Assembly (NCBI GenBank): GCA_046563655.1
Contig: CM102285.1
Span: 4,278,001-4,342,000, forward strand
Reading direction: 5' to 3'
DNA: 64,000 nt
From: Yuukianura sp. NJ FZ-2021
Taxonomy: Eukaryota
Position 1 is the stretch's first letter; each line of letters begins with the position of its first letter. Below, piece by piece: positions 41,475 to 57,163 of this stretch. Position numbers and translations under genes: made by a program. A model generated the notes under the pieces. It was not told where the DNA came from, searched no databases, and saw only the letters and a list, made by a program, of their open reading frames with translations.

Positions 41475-42373
41475 CGTTCCGGCAGACCCTCGACGATGAC
41501 GAGCAGGAGACTTCCAAGATGCAAGGTGTCTGGATCGGAGGTATGCTAGTGACGATGGGAGTTGGAAAATACGACTAAGCAACTTGACGAAAATCAGATT
41601 AACTTACTTTAAGTGCTCTAACAATTAAAATTAAATCGGAGTTTGATCCCTTCTCTCAAAATCAAATGGAGAGAACGAGAGAAGTAAAAAAGTGAAACTT
41701 GAAATGAAATGAGAAAAGGGTTTGGAAGATGTTTGGTTGTTGGCGGAGTTGGAAGTGTGTGACTGCGACGCCTCAAACAAGCTCACCCACCTCACCCCAC
41801 TCCACTCGACGTTGCCAAGGTGATGCCTAAAAAGCAGATAACTCACACAGAGGGTTGACCTTTGACGCGTGGCAGTGGCAATTAACTTAACCTTTGACCT
41901 TTGATGAAGCTTCTATGTGTCAATTGACACGTATAAGCTCTGTACATTGTTAAAAATGTACGGCCAGCTTCTTCTATCGGTCTACTACTGCCCGGCTCTG
42001 CAATTCTGCATAGTCTGTGTGCATTTAGCACTAAAAGAGTCCAGTAGCCGTAATCAGACGGAGAGAAGTCAAAGAATCGGTTTTTGGGGAAGATACAAGG
42101 ACAGAATGAAGCAACATTCTTCAATGATAATAGGATACTGCCGTTGATGTATATTTTAATTGTAGCAGTGCTGAGACGGCCTTAAAAGTTATGCATAGTT
42201 GCTAAGTTGGTATCCGGGAAAGTTGTCTGATCTTCTCATAAAGAAGCGTCCTTTGCCATCAAATCTAGGGATGAACCACTTAGACGGGTCAATGTGCTTG
42301 AACACTCAACGACTGATTACAGAAACCCCAGTAGCTGGCAATTCCAATTCTATGTACAGTTAGATGTACAATT

Positions 42374-45300
42374 TTAGGTTTTCAGTATGGAACGTTGCTT
42401 TGGAGTCGACTGGGTTCTGATTTTAAAGGCATCAAACTCTGTTTTTCGAAGACGGAGCTTAAAATGGCCTGTGATTGGTGATATCTGCGGAGAGGATCCC
42501 GGTGGATAAATCATCCATTTCAAATAGAGGAATAACGAGTGGTGAGTTGCAGGTTGCACCGAAGTCCCTTGAGCTTGACGTTCAGGTACCGGTTCGTCAT
42601 AATCAGAATTTTCCCGGACTTGTAAGGCAATACTACGTGTCTCAGACGGCCCAAGCTGAAAGGTCGGGGATTTCTCCGTGAAGTTTTCTCGTGAAATTAA
42701 TTTTTCAATGAGCAGTTTGGGTGGTTTGAACTCTATGTCACCCAGGCTGAGTTCCTGAACCTGAAAACAGACCAAATTAGAATAAGGTGTGATAAACCTT
42801 GTATTATTGATAAACGTTGATGTATAACTCCGTTTTCCTTCATACCGCTGTGAGGTTATGAATTTTGAGCAACGCGAGGTGAGTGAATGCATCCAAAGGC
42901 TTGAGGAAAGAGTATTCTAAGCGAATGCAAGGCTGAAGAGGTACTCTGATCGAAACTTGTATCACTCTATGACTAGGTTCCCAATCCAACTTTGACGAAG
43001 ATGGCGGAGTAGATGGATGAAAAGGATCTTCAGTTCGTTTACACACTTGGTAGACAACTAGAATCCGAAGAATAGCCACGTCACCATGCTGAGGAGCCTT
43101 AAATTGACATGGAACTCTGAGTACTGACGAAGGGCACTCCGGATTCAGTTTGAGGGCAGTATAGTTGTTCGTAGGCGTTTCAATACAGTAAGCATTAGAC
43201 GGGCAAACCTCCAGGAACTCCTTCATTCCATCACTGGCCACAATTACCCTGTGAACGCGTTTTCTTTCTTCTGGATCCTTCGATTTATCACGAAGTATTA
43301 ACGTCAGTGTAGTCAACTGGGAATGCAATATTGTCGAAGGAAGGTCTTCAATCTCGGCCTATTCAAAGCAAAAAAAAAAAAATTGAAACAAAAGAAAGAC
43401 CACAAACGTTTTGGTATGCTTTCGTATTACCTGCAGCAAAGGCATCTGTTCCATCACATTGATTTCATTACGAAAGTCTTTAGCATAAATCTTGCTCAAT
43501 TTTTCAGCTTTGGTGGAATTCAGTCTTGGTCCTTTCAAGTGAATTTTCTGTTGAAAAGGACACACGATATTTCCTGACTTCAACTCATATCGAAGCCAGT
43601 CGTAGGTTATCCGCCCTCTCTTCGTACTGACAACACCAAATCGTACCTGACAAGGACAAAAACGAAAATGTATAATACGTAAACCAAGTAAGCAGTAAGC
43701 TTCCTAAATCGTAGTATTCTATGATTCATCTTACGAATTTCGTTGAGTTGGGTTCAATCGTACACTCCTTTAGTGTAGTACATGTTACGGTAGTTGCGGG
43801 CTCAAACTTAAGGTTAACATTTTGCAAAGTAACAGAAACTGGCAGCGAATTCCTCAGAGGCACTTCAATAAAGATGAATTCTGAAAGCGAAAATTCTGTT
43901 TCAACAACCTGTTCGAATGTCGAACTTCGAAACCAATCATTTTCATTAGCAATGGAATATTAATGTTTTTATAACCATTATTACTCACCATTAGCAGGTA
44001 CGGAAGGATGGACAGTATTATTTGTGGATTCTTCAAAAATAAGTTTAGACGATTTGAACTTTATAAGGGAATGTTCCATTACACAAGCTTTTACAACTTG
44101 CTCTTCCAAAGAATCCCACCTAAAATAAGAAACAACTATTTAAAAACAAAAGTTTCTTGTCAAAAACTAAATACATGCGAAGACTAAACACTAAATACAT
44201 AGGAATTACTTTCACAAAATTCAAATCAAACCTTACAACGTCAACAGTGCATCTTCGGCTAGTGGTGTTTCTTCAATTTCGCCAATGGAGAGATCGGCGT
44301 TACCAATACGAATTGTAATACGAGAGCTGACGATAGCTGGAACAAAGAAGTTCTGGACAATGCCTTCCGCTTGGTAGAGTTTCTAAACACAGATCATGAG
44401 TAATAGATTAAATAGTTATTTTTCCTTTAAAATAAATATTCGTGGTTCACTCCTCCATACCGTCATCATGGCCAGAAACTCGTTATAGTAGAGCTGTATC
44501 TGAGGGGATGGCTGCGGTGACGGTGTGCGAAGTAGCGATTGCAAGTGTTGAGCCAAGCCACGGTGAGAATTCAAAAAGCTCTGATGTTTGGCGATTGTAA
44601 AGAAAACATGATCCTCTGCAAACCTCCATCCTCTACCATAAAATATTTGAGCCGCTTGAAAGTAAGAATTGAGAGAATGGCTTCTTAGTCCGGCCTTGGC
44701 GTAGCGATGACCAGCTAACACACTATGAAGAGCATATTTTCTGGGAGAGTTTAACTTCAGAAACGCATAGGCAGCTTGCTCCAGCATTCTAAAAAAATAA
44801 AACAAAATGAAGACAATGGCGGCACAAAGAAATGTAAGTTACAAACTGTTACAGAGCCGATCGAAGATCACAGTCTTCGGAAGTCATCCTTATGAAAATG
44901 GTTGCAGCCTCTCCATAGTTTTCCAACTGACGCAAGCACTCGCAACAAAGCAGAGCACATCGTACGGCTGAGTCCGGCATTCTGTCCAAAATAAGACTCA
45001 GCAATTAAAACAATTTGGTACGAATATGAAAACTGTGGAACTCTTACAAATATTGCAATTTGCATACCTGCAGTTCTCAAGGTATGCACGAATAGCTTCG
45101 CTAACATAATGCACTGGAAATGACCTTGCACCCGCCAGAGGAGAGTCGATCTGTGTCATGCCAAAATGCGCCAAGGCAGCCATCTCCAATGTAGAGGCGT
45201 AATGTGTCCATGCTTGATCACCTTGAAAATCTTTCTTGAGCTGATGGTAAAGTTGATACGCTCCAGCATAGTAACCAAAGAGGAAGTAAATATCAGCCAG

Positions 45301-47006
45301 TTTTCGACTAGTGATTTCCAGCGAGTCTGCTCCGTATCTAAAAACAAAACATGCGAACATCGTGCATGAATAATCTTTTTCTTCTCTCGAATGATGAAAC
45401 CTCTCAATTCACACGCAACTACTTACACAATATTTGCAACAGCTTTAGAAGTCCCAAAAAGTCTCTTAGTAGCACCGAAAAACGATTTGCTCATACTCCT
45501 TCTATTGACGATCTAAAAATGGAAAGTTGAGAAACATAAGCACAAAAGTTCACATTGAATAGGAACATGTTAAAATCAGCGAGATTGCAGAAAAACTAAC
45601 CGATTCGTTCATTATACGTGTCTGTCTTTCGATGTAAGGAAGTAAAGCTCTGGCGATAAACTCGTTGACGGCGACCTGAACATTTTGCATGTCTTCATTC
45701 GTCATGAACTGACCACGAAGAACAGTTTCTGCAGCGGTGCCAGTGTGATTCTGAGGCTCTGTGCCAGCAATAACCCCATTTTCAACAAACGGTGGAAACT
45801 CGTCTTCTGGACTCAATGGATGCGGCAGAGTGGAAGTATTGACGGAATCATTAAGATTACCCGAGTAGTCTTCGCTTCTAGTTAAACTGGCTCCAACCTA
45901 CATAGAGAAGTATTTTTAACACGGATTAGGTTAAAGCTATTATTTGTGCCACTAAAGGCCTTACGTTTGAGGATGTATCTTGATCCGCCACGTATGATTT
46001 CCAGAGATTGGGAACAAAAGATTTCTTCGGCTCATTCAGATTGATTTCCGAACTATTCACCTTTAGCATATAACAGGCATTCCCCGTATAAGTCGTGCGA
46101 AGAGACTGATAAAGGGCGTCAGCGCTGCAAGTTTGAATTAAACACTTGATAATCGACTTTACGTTAACAACTGGTTAGGATGAATTATTGGATGAGTGAA
46201 TTTACCTTTTCGAATCACCAGCAGAATTGTCGTGCAGTATTAGGTAAAATTTTAGAGTCAACGGAAGAAACCAACAGTTTGGCCATTCGGTTTGATGTTG
46301 CTGCTGCAGCTTGCTCAACTTTCCGATGATGATGCTCAATTCTTCTGCATTTTTTCCTTCGCTGGAGGAAATGACCATGATGCAACCCATGAAGTGACTC
46401 ATGAACTCATGCTGCAAAAGCTGCTGGTCGGACTGTGTCTTAAGAAACGTGGTCCTCCAGGATTCAAACCACGGCGTGGAAGTAGGAACTTCTACAATAT
46501 ATTCCTTTGTCAGTCCTGGTTTACCAAGTTTACATGAAACGAAAGATTGGCGAGCAAGGAGAACTTGGTTTTGATGATCCTCTGAAGCACGGTCGTCTGG
46601 AAAAAATCGAGGAAGGGTTTGAGCCACAGCACTCTGCAGAATGTTCTTGTTCCTGTTCTTTTGAATGTCAGGTTGAGGAGGTTTCCAAGAAGCAAGATCT
46701 ACGGGTGTTATTCGGAAGTATCTTGGGGTAATTTGAGTTCCACCCGGTTCATGCCAGTAAACTGCGAGAAATTAAAGACAAATATGAATTATCTTTCAGA
46801 TTGAATCAAAAACGACTCAACTTGATGCTGATTCACTTACGAGAAGTTGTTAATGTACAAAATGGGCTAATTAGCTGAGTGAAGGTTAGATTGTTCTTCA
46901 AACATAGTGCTTGAGCCTCGGGCGAAGAAATAACAGCGATGCGAGGATTGAAGGCTTGAGCTAGCAGTTCTCTAGCAGCATTGCCAGTGTCCATTGTGGA
47001 GGACAT
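42374..47006 (-). CDS. TRAPPC8: Trafficking protein particle complex subunit 8 (Trs85 homolog), 14 coding exons, ~1181 aa
   Basis: Exons 47006-46841, 46761-46206, 46124-45965, 45897-45601, 45512-45427, 45337-45068, 44996-44853, 44788-44461, 44382-44237, 44119-43989, 43880-43735, 43646-43431, 43358-42846, 42760-42374 join in frame. Recognisable motifs: KNNLTFTQLISPF, STPWFESWR, RKLADIYFLF, KKDFQGDQAW, MTSEDCDLRSALMLEQAA, RKYALHSVLAGHRYAKAG, KGPRLNSTKAEK. Confidence 0.9.
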
Positions 47007-48581
47007 CTTCGTCAGGTTCCGTTTCTGAAAAATCGCTTAGTAAAAGTTGTTGTTTCGCGTTTCCTTTTCTACCTCGACATGTCGCTGCAAACTACTGGTA
47101 ATTTTGTCTAAAAACGCCCTTAGTTAATCGGTAATCCAATCCACTGTGTCCGGACGAAACTAAAAATTCTGCCCGAAGTGTGATGTGTGAATAGGACGAC
47201 GGGTTCGTAAACATTCATCTAAGCAGACTTGGATATTCTAAAAATAAAAACGAAAACAATCAGCCCGAATCTTAAAATCAACATTACATAACTACGAATT
47301 CGAAACCTTGTTTAGATATTTTGTGCATGTACCTTTGATGTTCGGTTGAGATACTTTTGAGCACTACTCCTTTCATGCGAGCTGTAAGAATGTTCCGCTG
47401 AAAAGCAAACGTTGAATGACCGACGGGAGAAAGTTGAGAACCCAAATTAATATCAGTGTATGCTTCTTAATTAGTAATTTATTCAATCGATTCCAGTGTC
47501 CATCCAGTCCAATTCCAGCAGATTCAACTTAGATTCTCTTTTTCTCTTCCTCGATGGAATTTTATTCTGAATTAAATTTTAAAGTGAATTCGTGGACTCT
47601 TTTCGGATTTGGCACTGCAGCTGTTCGTTTTGCCATGATTTGTGAATTGCAATTCCACACTCAACTTCTCTGTTTTCATGATTCCGAGTTGGTTGAAGTA
47701 AAGTAGGAATTTCTCATGTAACGGTCTCGGTCTCGTCCCTATTGTTTACAAAGTACAAGTTATGGTTGCATTCAAACCAATACAAAAACTAAAAACAGCT
47801 AAGAATTTCCACTTCTTTCTCAATGAACTGTTAGTAAATTGCAACCTGTAACTTATGTTTTTGAAACCTTTAATTTTTTGGGATACCGTAAAATTATAAA
47901 GTTTGTGAAGAAATCTTAACGGAAACCGCATCAGATCCAATCAGAAGGACAACGTATGACAGCCTCCTCTCAACCAGCTAACAAGAGCGAATTAAATACA
48001 CAGTTTGTACCGCAATAATAAAAAAAATTAGGTGACCACATAATAGACACTTAGGACAACTCTGCGTAAGTTTATGTTTATGTTTATGAATATAAAGATA
48101 TTCAAACTCCTCCCCTTTTCTCAAAAAGTTACACTGTGGTGATTAATAAAAGTTACACCCAGTGCCACTAACATTTAAACTAATGACAGGTCAATTCAAA
48201 CCACAGTTTTTTTATTTCCACTGTTTACAAGAAAGGGAGCATTACTTTACTCCAACCTGAAATTTGGTTTTGTTTTGTAGTTTGGTTATTTTGATAGTTT
48301 CCCAATCGTGAACGCAAAACAACAATTTTTTTCATTTGATAAATCATATCAATGTTATTTTAGATTGTAAAGAAGACTTTTTTTAAAAGTTAAGAGCAGA
48401 CTTTGATTTATTCTTACGTCGCGGTATCGGAAAAGTTCATTATCTCCTGTATTCCTTCTTCCATCTCCGCTTAATAAGGAGGAGCTGGAGTGTATCGCAC
48501 GGAGATTGGATTCGGAAAATCGTATTAATCCAGTTCGGGTGGTCAAGTCAGGTGAACACTGCTTTAGATTGTAGTCAATCC

Positions 48582-48792
48582 GGCAGGAGTAAGGCAGAGT
48601 CCGTACGGCTTAATTTTCCGTATTCCCTCCGGTATCCCCTCCAATTGTTGCTGATGCAATGCTGCAAGTTAGGTTAGGTTAAGTTCTGTCACAGCGTAGC
48701 CAAATTGGGCAACACTGGAACACCAACAATCGGAGGGGATACCGGAGGGGATATGGAGCATTAAGCCGTACGGACTCTGCCTTACTCCACCC
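48582..48792. mobile_element. 211-bp MITE with GG...CC termini and 8-bp TSD (Merlin- or MULE-like)
   Basis: TIR core GGAGTAAGGCAGAGTCCGTACGGCTTAAT (48586) is perfectly inverted ending at 48788, with imperfect pairing further inward; GTCAATCC direct repeat at 48574-48581 and 48793-48800. Confidence 0.85.
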
Positions 48793-48879
48793 GTCAATCC
48801 GATTGTACATGGTAATATGGCTGAATTTGAATTGTTGTTAACTTAACCTGACTTAAACTTTTCATTATCTTAGGGCAAA

Positions 48880-51800
48880 ATGGACAGCCAAAATGGAGAG
48901 ACAATTCATTTACTTCATCCCGACGGAACTGTGACCGTTCGGTTTATCGCATCTGGTCAAGAAGTTGATGCACGTTACATTATAGAAGGCGGACAGGAAC
49001 GCCAGTTCATAACTGATGAGCCTGGAGAATACATTACGACGACTGGATTGCCAGCTCAGTACATCTTAACAATAAATTCTGATGGAGAACTAGTAGCAAC
49101 TGGCGCAGATTTCATCACTGATGCGGAATCTGATCCTCCCATTGTTTTTGATGAAGGCGTCGGCATTGTCGCGCAGGCCGGCACAGAGGAAGAGGGAGGA
49201 AGCGAAGTTAGCACTGTAACAGCCAGTGAAATCGAAAATAAGCAGCAAGAAGAAGAGGAAATGGCAGCGAGTATGCGGCTAGTGGAAGAAGAAGGACGTG
49301 GACATGAGATTCATGATGCTCTAACCCAAACCGATAATTTAGATCCTATCCCGCCAGAGTTAGATGATATCGATGACCCCAGTAGCTCCCCTGTACTGAA
49401 AATCACAGAGTCATGTCCTGAGCAACCAGAAGATTTGCCTCCAGATTCAGAACAAAGGAGTTCTGTTCTAGACGAAACCGAAAATTTTGTTCAGGAAACC
49501 ATTGAGCAGGACCGACAGCACTGCGCCAATTGTTTCAGGAAGCTAATTTTCCAGCATGGAAGAAGTAAAAAGTTCTCCGATCGTCTTTATCCAGTCCCAG
49601 AACTTCCAGCTGATGCACTGTACAAGAATTTTGAGAAACTTACAGTACAAGAAGCATTGGAGGTTCTGTTTGATTTAAAAGCAAAATCTACAAGGTCCTC
49701 AATTCGCCTATGTGAAGATTATGTCATATGCTACAAATGTGCAACGTCACTCATGAGACTCCACCGAATCTTTGCCGACTTCATCGAAGCTTCCAGTTCT
49801 CCCTCTTTTTTGAAATCCATATTTAATCAGTATGAGTTCGGAGTTTTGAAGCAATTCGGACCTATAATTACCGAAGTCAAAAGTGAAGCAGAAGCTCAAC
49901 ATGATAACGAAGAAGTGGAGGATCCACTGCTAAATCGGATGCAATTAGTAGAAAGTGATTTAGCCGTATCCTTGGAAGAGGCGAGGGGAGTGACAGGTCA
50001 TAAGACGTTACAGAGGAAGCCCTCATCTTTCCTCGACCGGATTCGGAAACGTCGAATGCTTCATCCCGCATCATCATCCTCTTCGAAGGAAAGTATCCGT
50101 GAAAGAAGAAATGAAAAACCTCTTATTATGCAACCGAAGGTAGAGAAGCCTGCAAAATCGAAATCCGGAAAAGGTAAACTAAACTAAAAGAACATTCTAA
50201 ATATATAAGAGGAGAAGGTAATAATAACATCTAACAATATAAACCGTCGAGCAGGCACTTCTTCCGGTCGCTTTCCGAGGTCATGCAAAAGGAGACGAAA
50301 TTATCGGGCGTTGGCGAAAGTAGGATCGTGCAGTGATCCGGATTCCTCGACTGAATGCGACTCAGACGCGCCTGAAGAACAAGTTATTGATAATACTACC
50401 GTACTTCCTGCTCTAACCGCCAATGAGCTTGGCGAGGACGACTCATCTCATGAATTCTTTGATACTGATGTACAAATGCAGAGGAAAACTAAGAAACAAA
50501 ATCGATTAACGGTGAGCCATCTGAAGAGAAGAATTCAAATGGTGAGTGAAAAAGTTTGCTACTTTTCCTCCATCTTACCACTACTTATCATTAGTTTAGG
50601 TCGCAAGCTTTCGTTCTTTCTTATCCAAACCGACTCTCGTCTGTGGTGAAAGTCAATGTATAGTAGTCGGCGACTTATTCGTTATGTATTGATTCCAGTT
50701 CAATCAGGTTGTATTACCTTGAGACTTACAATGTTCTGACTTATTTTATAGCTAACTGAGGACTCACCTCTGGAGCCGGAGCCGGTAGTGAAGCGTAAAC
50801 CTGGTCGTCCGCGGAAAATCAAGATTGAACCGGAACAGGATGCGGAGAATATTGAAATCAAAGTGGAACCACCTGTAGCTTTTCTTGACACGAGTGACAA
50901 TGAAAGAATGAAAGATCCCCTTGGAACTAGCGAACGTGACGATGACGTTACGAAGATGACGCTATCCTTACAAAAGTTGGAAAACGCAGCATCTTCAACT
51001 TCACACTCGCCATATTCCATTGGCTGCTCTCTTAAACGACGGAAACGGAAAGCATGGAATGAGAAGGACTGGAGTTTTGATCAGGAGGATTCTGACGCTG
51101 GGGATATGATGAGTGGAAATGAAGAAAACGACAGTACTGGCGAGACAACGAATGGAAATACTCGTACCAACAGACGTGGGCATATAAAATGTGCTGACTG
51201 TTGTGCTACATTCCAGAGACATAGTCACTACTCCGAGCATTTAGCAGTACACTCTGAACAAGTCATATCCTGTCTAGAGTGTCGTGGTACATTCAACAGT
51301 GTGAAAAACCTCAAACGACATCTTAGCCTCTACCATCGAGCTGATCGTGTTGGAATAGGACGAAGGAAAGCCTCACAATCACACCGAGCAGACGGTGAAC
51401 GTCCTCCACCACGACACTACTCTTGTCCAGAATGCAGTTTCTCCTTTACTAGGTTGTACCATCTCAAGGGTCATCTGGCCAATCAACATCAACGTGATCC
51501 TGACACAGTCATAGGCTCATTTTCGTGCCCAGTGTGTCCTAGGACATTCACTTGTGATTTCCATCTTCAAGCTCATTTAGGCACCAAGCATCTTGTCAGA
51601 ATCAGAGAAATGAAAAACGAATGTGACGAGTGTGGACGTAAGTTTCTGAAGAAGAGTGACCTTGACAACCACATGACAACGCACACCAATATCCGGAGTT
51701 TCATGTGCGAGGTTAGTTTTGCTTCTTTATTCTTCCATTTTATAATTGACTTGCTTACCAAATGTAAATGTTGTACTTGTGTTCCAATTTCCTTGTGGTT

Positions 51801-52410
51801 GATTTAGATTTGCGGATACAGCAGCAAGAGGCCTCAGGATTTGACTCGACACCGGAAGCTCGTTCACATAAAGGAGGTGAAGCACATTTGTCAAACTTGT
51901 GGCAAAGGATTTTTGAGTCTCTGGCAACTGAAGTCTCATCAGTTGTCACATGATGCGGAGAAGAAGTTCCCATGCACAGAGCCCGGTTGCGGTAAATTCT
52001 TCCGATGTCCAAACAACCTCAGACAGCACGTTCAAGTCCACCAAGGTGTCAAGCACGTTTGTCAATTCTGTGGCGAAAGTTATACACGAACAGCATACTT
52101 GGCACGTCACATTAGCACTAACCATGACAGTGCTAGTGTGCCTAAACGCACTAGAGGTCCCCCTGTTCCTATACCGGACTTTTTCGAAGAAGACGGTTCT
52201 TCCCCCGTTGTAGAAGTCGAAAAGGTTCCAAAAGGAAGGAAGCAGAAGAAGACGTACCAGTTGCTGGAGAATGTCATTCAAATCATGGAGCCAGAACCAA
52301 TGGAACTTGACCTTGATTTGCCATCTGAAGACGGATCCACGCAGCAAGTTATTCTACACGGATTCGACGACAGGTATGACGGTGTTATCATGGAGTATGT
52401 CATAAGCTAA
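48880..52410 (+). CDS. ZAD-like + AT-hook + 9 C2H2 zinc-finger protein, 4 exons, ~1047 aa
   Basis: Exons 48880-50173, 50255-50541, 50752-51711, 51808-52410 join in frame. CANC...ICYKC followed by a helix (ZAD-like), KPGRPRK AT-hook, nine C-x2/4-C...H-x3/4-H fingers. Confidence 0.88.
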
Positions 52411-52978
52411 AGTTGTTTTTAATTCATTAATTTTGGAAAACGTGAATATTTTTTATATATATGGTAGTGCTCATTTACCCTTTACATATTGAATAGTTAC
52501 AACAACAGTGTGGAATTAGCCTAAAATTATAGAAAGGAGCTTTTAAATTGACGTTTCGAAGATTGACAGTTATATTATTATTATTGAGTTTTTTCTAATC
52601 TAATATGAACGTCAAGTTGTGAAATATACTATAAACTATGTCCTAACCTTTATGGCTGATCCTGATCGTGATCATCCAGTGTTTTTTGTCTTCAGTCTAT
52701 TTTGCGAAAGTTGACACTTAACTACCAATAGTTGTTAAAAATCATACCCTTTTATACATATTTATAAATTCTAATTAACCTTCTAAATAAAAATGTTGGA
52801 AATTGACACGAATGACGTTTACGTAAACTTACTAGTAGTAAGCGTCGCCGTAGACTTGCAATGGTACTGGTAGAACAATACGTCGGTGGTGTTAGTTTTA
52901 AAAGAACGTAACAACTTGTTCCACAGTAAAAATGCCATTGGGTACTACTACTATTGTAGATTCCGGATCGTAGATTCC

Positions 52979-56180
<3,202 letters not shown>

Positions 56181-57163
56181 TGTTATGTCGTTGTCTTGCT
56201 TCACAACAGCTATTCCAAGACGGAAAGTATAGGCAGTCCGTTGCCGTTCAAGCACAACTTAAAACGAGAAGAACCGCTTTGACTAGGAGTAGCTCTTCCG
56301 TCACGCAGACTTTATTTACTGGCATCTAAAGGTTACCCGGAAGCCAGAGCTAGTTCGCAGAGGAATCGATCGGCGATTGTGGAATCCGAAATCTAGAGGT
56401 ATCCAAGTCCAGAGACCAGCCAAGTGAAGGTACTTTTACACACAAATACTACAATATTTCAATTAAGTCGTATTTAACCAAACACAGAGTACTATCAAAG
56501 CGTATACTGAATTGATAGCAATACGCAAGAACACCACAAACTACGGAAAACAGAGATCTAACGGTAATAAGATTAAGCTTATTTTCAAGGATATTTTGAG
56601 TTACTCCGAAGTGTCAAATCAGATTTTTACAGTATTTTAATAATTTGCGACACTAGCTAACGTAGGGAGTTGATTGTTGAGATTATAGAAATGTAATGTA
56701 ACGTAAATCCACACAATCAAACTAAAACTTTAACCGAGATCCGAAATTTAAAACCAAGATTGAAAAAAGCGAGTATGAAACTTATTAAATTAAATTTAAT
56801 AATAACCTCGTCTCACACAGAAGAATTTTTGTTTACAGAATTGGAATTTGAAATTGGCACACACACGCCGTGTAGCGTCGGAGTCTCCACACCCTCGTTA
56901 CGAATACTAAATTCATGAATTTGTTTCCCACAAAACGTAAACGGTGGTTTTGAATTTTATAGTATTAGTTTTAATACCGCCGGAAATGAAATTAATGGTT
57001 AACATTAATAATATAATTGAAATAAAATAAATTTATTGAAAGTTAAGGTGCATTTACTTTTGTATTCGCGTAAGGACAGAGTAAATATTAATAGTAAATA
57101 CCTTTAGTTGTTGTTACACAATTTAGTGCACAAATTAGTAAAAGTAACAGAGAAGATGTTTTC

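Noticed and set aside
41475..41582. In-frame N-terminal extension of CK2 alpha from TTG
   Set aside because: Conserved [10 protein letters not shown] start at 41474 explains the protein; upstream part is likely 5'UTR.
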